A DNA stretch of 63,780 bases, the filler included, from an uncultured Methanosarcinales archaeon (GTDB lineage: Archaea; Nanobdellota; Nanobdellia; Woesearchaeales; CAZKBD01): NCBI GenBank assembly GCA_964550945.1. It is 3 parts of 3 records of this genome, joined end to end, with 100 filler letters (N's around TTAATTAATTAA, not from the genome) between each part and the next. Parts side by side here need not be neighbours in the genome. Positions count along the whole stretch, not along the records: positions 29,068 to 57,814 come from CAZKBD010000013.1; positions 57,915 to 63,780 come from CAZKBD010000099.1; 1 more part is not named here. The stretch is one strand, 5' to 3'. Each line of letters starts with the position of its first letter. The first letter of the stretch is position 1. The position numbers were made by a program, and so were the translations under genes. Below, piece by piece: positions 52,425-61,551 of the stretch. Below the pieces are notes generated by a model. It saw only the letters and a list, made by a program, of their open reading frames with translations. It searched no databases and had not been told where the DNA came from.

Positions 52425-53729
52425 TTAATTATAAGCCTCTTCTCCATGCTGGCTTTTATCCAATCCTGTTTCCTCTTCCTCAGGGCTAACTCTTATGTTA
52501 GTAAACCTGCTCATAACTTTTAATATGACATATGATCCAATAAATGAATAAGCGCCTACAACAATAATCGCTATCAGCTGAACTAAAAGCTGATGCGGAT
52601 TTCCGTATAACGCTCCATTTGCCCCTGAAGCGTTTACTGCGAGATTAGCAAATATTCCGGTTGCTAATGCTCCCCAAATGCCGCTAACACCGTGGCATGC
52701 AAACACATCTAATGAATCATCCAGTTTTGTTCTTGTTGCTCTCCAATTTGCAACTACGTTTGAGATAATCCCTGCAACTAATCCAATTATGATCGATGCA
52801 CCAACTCCAACATAACCAGATGCAGGCGTTATTGCAACTAATCCGCAGACAGCGCCTATTGCTAAGCCAACAGCAGATGGCTTTCCTTTTGTTATCCAAT
52901 CAACAACCATCCAGCTAATTGCAGCTGCTGCTGCAGCCAAATTTGTGACAACAAGAGCTTGTACAGCTATGCCATTTGCAGCTAACGCACTCCCAGCGTT
53001 AAATCCAAACCAACCAAACCAAAGTAATGCAGCTCCTAAAATCACATAGGGGATATTATTTGGCTTGAGTTCAGCGCCATTTCCAGCATCTTTCCTTCTT
53101 CCTATAACTAAGGCTGCAGCTAACGCCGAAAGGCCAGCTGTTATGTGCACAACAGTGCCTCCAGCAAAATCAATTGCTCCTAATGATTTTAGCCACCCAT
53201 TAGAATTCCAAACCCAGTGGGCAACTGGTGCATAAATTAAAGTGATCCATAAAACAATAAATATCAATAAAGATTTAAAATTAATGCGCTCTGCAAAAGC
53301 ACCAATTATCAAAGCAGGTGTTATTGCAGCAAATTTTAATTGGAAAAAAAAGAATAACAACTCAGGTATAGCTGCAGCATATAGATAATTAGGCATAACT
53401 CCTACATTAGCCAACCCTGCTCTTGAAAGGTCTCCGATAAAACCACCGATACTAGGTCCGAATGCTAGGCTATACCCCCATAATGCCCATATCAAGCTTG
53501 CAACTGCGAATATAGCGAGGCATTGAACTAAGGTAGATACTAAATTCTTTCTTCTAACAAGCCCTGCATAAAAGAATCCTAATGCAGGAGTCATCAGCAT
53601 AACTAATGCAGATGCAGCAGAAACCCAAGCAATATCTCCACTATTTAATTCCTGAGCATAAACATTAGTTGCAGATATAACCATAATAACTAATATTAGC
53701 AAGGGTTTTAGTGAATTTTTGATTTTCAT
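52425..53729 (-). CDS. amt: Ammonium transporter
   Basis: FAAITPALI, DFAGGTVVH, WFGWFGFNAGS, DDSLDVFACHG. Confidence 0.97.
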   Translation of the reverse strand: MKIKNSLKPLLILVIMVISATNVYAQELNSGDIAWVSAASALVMLMTPALGFFYAGLVRRKNLVSTLVQCLAIFAVASLIWALWGYSLAFGPSIGGFIGDLSRAGLANVGVMPNYLYAAAIPELLFFFFQLKFAAITPALIIGAFAERINFKSLLIFIVLWITLIYAPVAHWVWNSNGWLKSLGAIDFAGGTVVHITAGLSALAAALVIGRRKDAGNGAELKPNNIPYVILGAALLWFGWFGFNAGSALAANGIAVQALVVTNLAAAAAAISWMVVDWITKGKPSAVGLAIGAVCGLVAITPASGYVGVGASIIIGLVAGIISNVVANWRATRTKLDDSLDVFACHGVSGIWGALATGIFANLAVNASGANGALYGNPHQLLVQLIAIIVVGAYSFIGSYVILKVMSRFTNIRVSPEEEETGLDKSQHGEEAYN

Positions 53730-53769
53730 AAGCCTTTCAAAATGTAACTAATTTATATAGTTTTCCTAG

Positions 53770-53890
53770 ATTTTGTTTAGCATATATTCACTTTTTAGTT
53801 AAAATTTTAAACATATGTTTAATTTTAGTAATATAAACATGTAGTATATTTAATATTTGTTTAGTTTGACACTTTCTAAACAAATGTCAA
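53770..53890. promoter_or_regulatory. Divergent amt/lrp promoter with palindromic operator candidates
   Basis: TTAAACATATGTTTAA 53807-53822; ATTTGTTTAG-N11-CTAAACAAAT 53855-53885. Confidence 0.55.
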
Positions 53891-53961
53891 TAAAAAATCA
53901 AAAGATTTAAATATATGTCTATTTATATATCATTCTATTAAACGAAAATAAGGTGGTTTAA

Positions 53962-54405
53962 ATGGAAATTGACGCACTAAACAGGCACATATTAAGCGTG
54001 TTATTAGATGACTCTAGGCTAAGTTACAGGCAGATTGCAAAAAAAGTTGGAGTATCTGCAGCAACTGTTATGAATAGGGTTAAAGAGCTGGAAAAAACAA
54101 TAATAAAAAAATACACCACTATCCTAGATTATGAAAAATTAGGATATGATGTTGAGGTGATAATTGAAATCAGGATCTCAAAAGGAAAACTGATTGAAGT
54201 TGAAAAAGAAATAGCCAATCATCCAAACATATTTGCTGTCTATGATGTGACAGGAGATTTTGATGCTGTTATCCTTGCAAGATTCCCCTCAAGAAGCAAA
54301 ATGGACACATTCATCAAAAAATTGCAGACATATAATTTTGTTGAAAGGACAAATACAAGGATGATATTAAACACAATAAGGGAAAAACAAGTTGGAGTGA
54401 TGTAA
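53962..54405 (+). CDS. Lrp/AsnC-family transcriptional regulator
   Basis: DSRLSYRQIAKKVGVS..TVMNR HTH; YDVTGDFD RAM domain. Confidence 0.95.
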   Translation: MEIDALNRHILSVLLDDSRLSYRQIAKKVGVSAATVMNRVKELEKTIIKKYTTILDYEKLGYDVEVIIEIRISKGKLIEVEKEIANHPNIFAVYDVTGDFDAVILARFPSRSKMDTFIKKLQTYNFVERTNTRMILNTIREKQVGVM

Positions 54406-54522
54406 CAAACAACAGCCGGAAACCAGTGATCCAAACGCCAAACAAAAGATTTATAAACAACAACATTCCCAAAATGTACATCAAAAGGGGTGGAAGGATT
54501 AGAATAAAAAGAGGTCTATGCT

Positions 54523-57500
54523 ATGGTTCCTGATTCTGATATTCTTGAATCTGAAAAAGAGCTGAAAATTGAAGACCTAGAGATATTGCCGCCTCCATCT
54601 CCGGCTATGATAAGGCTTGGAAGAAAAGACAAGAAGAAAGAAGAAAAAAAGCAGGAAGAGCCATATAAAGCAAAATATATTGAAGAGAAAAACAAGCAGG
54701 AAGAAAGCCAAAGAAACTCAGAGGAAAAACTAAAAAAAGAGCGTGAAAAGGAAATCCAAGAGATTAAGCTGATAAAAGAAAAAGAAAGATTGATGATTGA
54801 AAAAGAAAAAGAGCTCGAAAAGCAAGATGAGCTCAAGCAAAAGCTGATTGAAGCTAGGATAAAAAGAAAAGCAGAGGAAAAAAATAAAAAACAGCTTGCA
54901 AAATTATTGAGAAAAAAGGAAAAAGAAAATTTAAAGCAGGAAAAAAATAAGTTAAGGGAAGAAGAGAGAAACAAGAGGGTCCAAGATAGGCAGCGTTCTT
55001 TCAGGATTAGCGATTTGATGTTCAAGATAAGCGACAATATCTGGAAAATCGATAAGCATAAACATCTTCTAGCTCACGATCAAGATAGATTGCTCAAACT
55101 CAAAGAACTTAAGCTCCAAAAAATCGCCAAAGAGCTTGGGACAGAAGAGGGGTACAAAGAGGATATAAAATCAATTGAAAAAGAGATAAAAAATTATCAA
55201 AATCTTGTTAAGGCAGGCCAGACAAATTTAGCTCCTAGGATTGAGAAATTAGATCAGTTGCACAAAAGATACCAAGAAAAAGCAGAAACATTGAGTGTCG
55301 ATATAATAAAAAAGCTGAAACCTGTTATTGAATACAAGAAAAAACAAAAACAAGATGAATTGCAGCGCATAAAATCCGAAGAGAAACATAAGCAGGAAAT
55401 GGAGGAACAAAGATTATTGGCAATACAGGATCAGCAGAAAGAAAATCTTCTAAAACAAAGGCAATTAGAGCTTGAGAACAAAAGAGCAGCAGAACAACAA
55501 GAAAAAGAGCGATCAAAGACCATAAAAGAAAACCAGCGACTTCTAGAGCAAAAGAAGATTCCAAAACTGCAAGAAGAAAAACCTCTTTTCAATCTAGCTC
55601 CTAAATTTCACTTATTCAAAACAAAAGAAGAAAAAGCAAAAATTGCTTTAGAAAAAGCAAAGATACTGGAAGAAAAGCAAAAACAACAAAGATTAGAAGA
55701 GCTAAAAAAGCGCAATGAAGAGCTAAAGCAAAAAAGGCTCAAGGCTTTGGAAAAGGCAAGAGAAGAACTTCAGCGTAATAAAAAAATAGAGAAAAAAGAG
55801 CAAATAACCCAGATAAAGCTGCAGGATAAAGAACGAATCAAAAAGATAAACTGCATTATTTCTACATTAGACAACAACATTAATAATATAGATAAACATG
55901 AAATAATCTTAAAACATAAAGAAGAAAATCTGGCAAAATTGGAGCATGTAGAGCTAGCGAAAATAAGAGAGGAGGTTAAGAGCGAAGCAGCCTACAAAAC
56001 AGAGCTTGCAGAGCTTCAAAAGGAAATAGCTCATTACACCAAACTGGTAGGCTCTGGCCAGACAAATCTTGATTCTAAAATTGCTGAGCTAAAAAGTAAA
56101 TATCACACTTACCTAAACAAAGCAGAAACCATCAGGAGAGATATAATAAAAAAGACAGAATATGCTCAAGAACTCATCAGAAAAGAAAAAGCTGATAGGG
56201 AAAAGCAACTCTTATTAGAAAAACAAAGAAGAGAAGCAGTAATCAGAGAAAAACTTCTAAAAGAAAGAGAGCTCGAGCTTCAAAAACAAAAAGCAGCAGA
56301 GCAACAAGAAAAAGAGAAGTTAAAATCCGCCAAAGAAAAACAGCTTCTATTGGAAAAGCAAGCAAAAGGAACACCTATTTCTGGCACCCTCCCTAAATTT
56401 CACTTATTCAAAACAAAAGAAGAAAGACAAGATATCATTTTAGAAAAACCAGGGCTTTTGGAAGAGCATCAAAGAAACCAAAGATTAGAAGAGCTAAAAA
56501 AGCATAATGAAGAATTAAAGAAAAAAAGGATAGAATCTTTGGAGAGGGCAAGAAAAGAGCTCCAATATAAGCAAAAGATAGAACAAAAAGAACAGAAAAA
56601 ACAGATAAAAATCCAAGACAAAGAAAGAATTAAAAACATTAAGCGGTTGATATCCCGGTTGAAGGGAGATATCAGGGCTATTAACCAGCACGAAGTAATC
56701 CTCAATCATAGAGAATCCCAACTTAAAAGATTAAGCCTTCATAGGCTAACTGAAATTCAAAAGCAAGTCAAACCAGAATCAGTTTATAAAACTGAGTCAG
56801 CAGAGCTGGAAAAAGAGATAGCTCATTATAACAATCTTGTAAAATCCGGCAAAACAAATCTCAGTTCAAAAGTGGTTAAACTATCTAGGATTTATACTAC
56901 ATATAAGGCTAAAGCAGAAACATTAAGGAAAGATATACTCAAAAGAGCAAGATACGCTAAGGAGCTGATCAATAAAGAGAAATCTGAGAAAGAACAAAAG
57001 CAGTTACTGGAGCAGCAAGAACAAGAAACTTCATTCAAAGAAAAACTCTTCAGAGAAAGAGAGCTCGAGCTTCAAAAACTAAAAGAAGCTGAGAACAAAA
57101 AACAAGAGAAGCTTAGATCAATAAAAGAAAAACAAAAGCTAAAGGAGCAAAAAGGAATACTCGCACAAGAGTCAAGAGAAGAGCTTAGGAAACACATTCC
57201 TGGCATCCCTCACAGATTCAGCCTTTTCAAGACAGAAGAAGAAAAAAGTGCTATTGCCTTGGAAAAAGCTAAACTATCGCAGGAGCAACAAAGGCGGCAA
57301 AGATTAGACGACTTAAAAAGGCGTAATGAAGAATTAAGGCAAAGAAGATTGGATTCACTAGAAAAAGCAAGAAGAGAACTCCAACATAAGAAACAAATAG
57401 AGCAAATAGAGCAAAAAAATCAAATAAATATCCATGATAAGGAGCGGGTTAAAAAGATAAATCAGCTCTTGGTAAGATTAAAGAAAAATATCAAGAGCAT

Positions 57501-57814
57501 TGATAAACACGAAAGAGTCTTAACGCACAGCGAATCAAAGCTAAAAGGATTAGGCCATTCTGGAATCGCTAAAATACAAGAAGAAGTTAAAAGCGAATCA
57601 GTATGTAAAAATGAATTATCAGAGCTATCGAAAGAAGTAGGTTATCTTAAGAATTTAGCAAGCTCAGGAAAAACAAATCTCGGTTCTAAAATCGTAAAAT
57701 TAGCAGCTGTTTATTGCACATACCTTAACAAAGCAGAAACATTGAGAAAAGGAATAATTGAACGGACAGAACAAGCTAAGGAGCTGATCAATAAAGAGAA
57801 ATCTGAGAAAGAAC
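54523..57814 (+). CDS. Large Lys/Glu/Gln-rich coiled-coil protein with ~265-273-aa tandem repeats, truncated by contig end
   Basis: Recurring F(H/S)LFKT(K/E)EE, IDKH, G(Q/K)TNL, KAET motifs; GAGGT SD. Confidence 0.8.
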
Positions 57815-57914
57815 NNNNNNNNNNNNNNNNNNNNNNNNNNNNNNNNNNNNNNNNNNNNTTAATTAATTAANNNNNNNNNNNNNNNNNNNNNNNNNNNNNN
57901 NNNNNNNNNNNNNN
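57815..57914. other. Artificial contig linker (N44-TTAATTAATTAA-N44)
   Basis: Six-frame stop spacer. Confidence 0.97.
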
Positions 57915-58165
57915 TATTTACTCCAAAAATAATTCAAAATAGATTCTAAAGAAAGTTTAGGGACAAGCTCTTTTGTCTTTTTGGCGACATTATTTGTACC
58001 TTTTTTACTAGTTAATTCTTTTATAAGAGAATACACATAAGGAGACAAATCTTTTCCAGAAGCCCTAATCCAGCTCCATCTTGGATCGTTATCTTCTTCA
58101 GGAACATGTAATCTAAATAAATCAAACTTTAAATCCTTATTTTGCATTTTTTTATTATTAATCAT
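57915..58165 (-). CDS. Hypothetical protein, N-terminal part only
   Basis: GGTGA SD and TATA box upstream; open frame runs into the linker. Confidence 0.6.
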
Positions 58166-58224
58166 TTTCAATCACCAATTTTTATTATGGTGAAACTATG
58201 TAAATGATTTCTATTTATAAGCGC

Positions 58225-58249
58225 TACGCGTGAATGTCCAGTGCTAATG
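58225..58249 (-). promoter_or_regulatory. Second copy of the 25-bp motif CATTAGCACTGGACATTCACGCGTA
   Basis: 24/25 identical to 36572-36596. Confidence 0.65.
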
Positions 58250-58379
58250 GACAGACCCTAAAAAATCATAGATTTTCGGTCACAAAAAAGTTTAAAGAAT
58301 TTTTTGTGAATCATAATCTGACAGTTGAACCATTTTTAAGGTGATTGGAAATTGTATGAAAAATGCAAATGGATTTTGT

Positions 58380-58481
58380 TCAAGTTTTAGATAAGAGGTT
58401 CTCTTTCTTAACACCAGAACTCATCAACAAAGCCCTGTGCGGCAATGTTTCAATCTTTGTTTTTAATATGTCTGATCTCAT
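58380..58481 (-). pseudogene. ilvD: 5' remnant of dihydroxy-acid dehydratase (not in ORF track)
   Basis: GGTGA SD + MRSDILKTKIETLPHRALLMSSGVKKENL, resembling the IlvD N-terminus MRSD..K.G.E.APHRAL; stops after 33 codons. Confidence 0.65.
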
Positions 58482-58515
58482 GATATCACCTTTAACAGAG
58501 AAAATACCTCTTTAT

Positions 58516-58698
58516 TTAATTATTTTTGCCTTTCATCTTCAAATATTCTTCTTTGCTCATGTTAGCTGATTTAAGAGCAGAGTTTATAATCACATTCTGT
58601 TGCCTTGACCAAACCTTATCATCATGCTCTAAAACATATTTTGACCATAAATCAATAAATTTCAATCTTTCTTTTTGGTTTTCTTCATTGAAAGTCAT
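58516..58698 (-). CDS. Small protein coupled to a nucleotidyltransferase (putative TA partner)
   Basis: 60 aa, start overlaps the end of the upstream gene, GGAG SD. Confidence 0.7.
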   Translation of the reverse strand: MTFNEENQKERLKFIDLWSKYVLEHDDKVWSRQQNVIINSALKSANMSKEEYLKMKGKNN

Positions 58699-59263
58699 CA
58701 AGCATCTCCTCATACTCCATTATTTTGTTCTTGTTTATATGCCCCTCTGCAACATTCCTTATATGCCTTGCATCTTCTATATCTTTTGGAGATTTCAAAA
58801 TCTTTTCCTTAAATGCAATCTGCAATTCCAGACTTGATGTGATAATCTCATCATTGTTTATTTTGACAGTTATTGTCTCACTTAAGGAGATATCGTCAAT
58901 TTTATTCTTTGAAAATTTTAATTCAACATTTGGCACAACTGTGTTTTGCTTAGCAAATCTAACTGCAAGAGAGTCTTTTAAATAACTGTATATCTCTTGT
59001 TCAGCCTCTGCATTTAAGCAGTAAAAATCCGCTTTTAGCAAATCTTTAAGTAATTTTGAAAATTTTGACACTTCCATTTTTGGAATGATTATGTCAATAT
59101 CCTCGCTGACTCTTGCCCTTCCAAGTAAAATAGAAACATAACCACTAATAACCACATACATAGTGTGCTTTCTTAGTATCTTAATAAACTCAAGAGCAAA
59201 CTTATCTAGGCTGGATAATTCCCTGTTCACTTCAATAACTGTTTTAGATACAAATTTAACCAT
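58685..59263 (-). CDS. Nucleotidyltransferase (AbiEii/DUF2204-like)
   Basis: VVISGY..LLGRARVSEDIDI; K....PKDIED. Confidence 0.78.
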   Translation of the reverse strand: MVKFVSKTVIEVNRELSSLDKFALEFIKILRKHTMYVVISGYVSILLGRARVSEDIDIIIPKMEVSKFSKLLKDLLKADFYCLNAEAEQEIYSYLKDSLAVRFAKQNTVVPNVELKFSKNKIDDISLSETITVKINNDEIITSSLELQIAFKEKILKSPKDIEDARHIRNVAEGHINKNKIMEYEEMLDDFQ

Positions 59264-59313
59264 GTTACTTAGCTAATTATACTGGCTTTTTAATGATTTC
59301 TATGATTATTACT

Positions 59314-59706
59314 CTACTTAACCCTCACCAAAATCCCATCACAATCCGCTATTAACTCCCCTTTCTCATTAGTAACCTTGCTTTTCCCAAAAACTTTCCT
59401 GCCTTCTTCCTTAGTTATTTCTCCTTCTAAAAATAATTTCTCACCAACATAAGCTGGCTTCCTGAAATTAACCTCAATCCTTGCTGTAACTGTATTTAAT
59501 CCGAGCTCATAGCCTAATCTTGTAATGGCTTCATCAAGCATAGAAGACAAAATACCTCCATGAACAATATCTTTGTAGCCTTGATGCTCTTTTTTTGGGA
59601 TAAAAACTGCCTTGGTTTTTTTGCCAGAGGTATCAAACTTTAATTTTAAGCCTATGCTATTCTTATCTCCGCAGACAAAGCACATATGATCATTTTCAAG
59701 GTTCAT
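59314..59706 (-). CDS. PaaI-family hotdog thioesterase
   Basis: CFVCG..N..GL, HQGY..IVHGG...MLDE. Confidence 0.93.
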   Translation of the reverse strand: MNLENDHMCFVCGDKNSIGLKLKFDTSGKKTKAVFIPKKEHQGYKDIVHGGILSSMLDEAITRLGYELGLNTVTARIEVNFRKPAYVGEKLFLEGEITKEEGRKVFGKSKVTNEKGELIADCDGILVRVK

Positions 59707-59766
59707 AATATTAAATAATAAATTCCCCTATTTAAAACTAATTAAAAAAAATCCAACCATGGCGCT

Positions 59767-59861
59767 GATGCCAACAACAAAAATGGCTTCGGACGGCTTC
59801 GCCTGCTCGCCACTCCGACGGAGCCAACCCTCGGCTCGCCCTCACCATTGTTATTGGCATC
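59767..59861. other. GC-rich branched hairpin between divergent genes
   Basis: GATGCCAACAACA..ATGG / CCAT.TGTTATTGGCATC closing stem with internal hairpins. Confidence 0.6.
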
Positions 59862-59914
59862 TTAAAATATCCTATAAGGAAACATTTATTAATAACCTGC
59901 AATAAAACAAATCT

Positions 59915-60685
59915 ATGTTTGAGGTGAGTGTTTTAGCATCAGGAAGCTCAGGGAACTGCTTCTATGTAGGCTCTGATAAATCAGATATTCTGATTGATGC
60001 AGGAATAAGCTGCAAGCAGATTGCACAGAGATTAAACAAGATAGGAAAGGACATTAAAAATATACAAGCGGTATTTGTGACTCACGAGCATATAGACCAT
60101 ATTCGAGGACTAAACATCTTGTCTAAGCAATATAACATACCTATCTACATAAATAAAGGAACACTTGACCTATCTTTCATTAATTCTGCTAAAGCGAATA
60201 TAATTGAAACTGATGAGGAATTGGATTTTAATGGCTTGAATATCCTTCCTTTCTCAAAAAGCCACGATGCTTCTGAACCAGTAAGTTATCTGATAAAAAA
60301 CAAAAGCAAGAAGATAAGCGTAATAACTGACATAGGCTACAGCTGCGAAAATGTTATACAAAGCGTTTCAGAGTCCGATCTTTTAATCCTGGAAGCAAAC
60401 CATGATGTAAACATGCTTAAGAACGGGCCTTATCCTGTTTTTCTCAAAAAGCGAATAGCAAGCAAGCTTGGCCATCTTTCTAATTATGATGCTGCTCTGC
60501 TTGTCCTAGAGCATGCAAAAAATAAGCTGCATCATGTTCTACTCTCTCATCTCAGCATTAACAACAACACTCCGGAACTAGCTTTAAACACATTTAGCTC
60601 TATAGTAAAAGAAAGATCAGATCTAAAGAAGTTAAAAACATTATTAAGCTGCAGAGAAAAACCGACTGAATTAATCACTATCTAA
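59915..60685 (+). CDS. Metallo-beta-lactamase-fold hydrolase (YycJ/WalJ-like)
   Basis: LASGSSGN, THEHIDH, SHDA, TDIG, LEANHD, GHLSN, HLS. Confidence 0.93.
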   Translation: MFEVSVLASGSSGNCFYVGSDKSDILIDAGISCKQIAQRLNKIGKDIKNIQAVFVTHEHIDHIRGLNILSKQYNIPIYINKGTLDLSFINSAKANIIETDEELDFNGLNILPFSKSHDASEPVSYLIKNKSKKISVITDIGYSCENVIQSVSESDLLILEANHDVNMLKNGPYPVFLKKRIASKLGHLSNYDAALLVLEHAKNKLHHVLLSHLSINNNTPELALNTFSSIVKERSDLKKLKTLLSCREKPTELITI

Positions 60686-61310
60686 CATAATTTTTTAATA
60701 TGCCGATTCCTTCAATCTTTACCTCTACAACATCGCCTTTTTTCATCGGCCCAATTCCGGGAGGGGTTCCGGTTGTGATAATATCTCCTGGATTCAAGGT
60801 CATAACATGGGAAATAAATGAGATGAGATACTCAACTTTAAAGATAAACTCTTTTGTTGAAGAATCCTGCTTTAGCTCTCCATTAAGATAGAGCTGGATT
60901 CTTGCATTATCTGGATCAATCTTTCCAGGCTTGACCAACCTAGGCCCAACAGGGCAAAAGGTATCAAATGATTTTGCCCTTGTCCATTGTCCGTCTAATT
61001 TCTGCAAATCTCTGGCAGTCACATCATTCAAGCATGTAAACCCTTCAACATATTTCAGAGCATCTTTCTCAGAAACATTTTTAGCTTTTTTCTTAATAAC
61101 CAAGGCAAGCTCAGCCTCATAATCTACTCTTTCAGACATCTTAGGCAAAATAATAGTATCTCCATCACCAATCAATGAAGTTGTCGGCTTAATAAACAAG
61201 ATAGGGTGATGAGGGGTATTCATGCCAAGCTCTTTTGCATGAGAATGATAATTTAAGCCTACTGCAACTATCTTAGTCGGTTTTTTCTTAAGAAACTTTA
61301 AATTTGGCAT
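60678..61310 (-). CDS. Fumarylacetoacetate hydrolase family protein
   Basis: VGLNY, FIKP, DYEAEL, NDVTARDLQ, KSFDTF, TGTP. Confidence 0.95.
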   Translation of the reverse strand: MPNLKFLKKKPTKIVAVGLNYHSHAKELGMNTPHHPILFIKPTTSLIGDGDTIILPKMSERVDYEAELALVIKKKAKNVSEKDALKYVEGFTCLNDVTARDLQKLDGQWTRAKSFDTFCPVGPRLVKPGKIDPDNARIQLYLNGELKQDSSTKEFIFKVEYLISFISHVMTLNPGDIITTGTPPGIGPMKKGDVVEVKIEGIGILKNYVR

Positions 61311-61551
61311 TTTAAATTAATAACTCTAATTGATATTTAATACTTTTTATTTCGATATTTTTATACATGCAAGAGCAGATGGGCAAAGATGTTTTCGAGT
61401 ATGATACTTATGGTTGTCTTACTCACTTGAAAGGACAATTAAAAATAGGTGATTTCACAAATTGAAATCTTAAGAAGGGGACAATTTTTAACGAATAACT
61501 AAACGAACGAGGGGAGTTCCGAACGACGATTACGACTGGGTGCGAGAAAAC

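Noticed and set aside
54516..55037. 173-aa Phe/Ser/Leu-rich antisense ORF and similar shadow ORFs throughout
   Set aside because: Mirror frames of Lys/Glu-rich or otherwise well-supported genes
59767..59861. Canonical integron attC site or tRNA
   Set aside because: Lacks RYYYAAC/GTTRRRY boxes and tRNA D/T-loop consensus; kept only as an unclassified hairpin
61367..61467. 32-codon ORF MQEQMGKDVFEYDTYG...
   Set aside because: Too short, no recognisable motif
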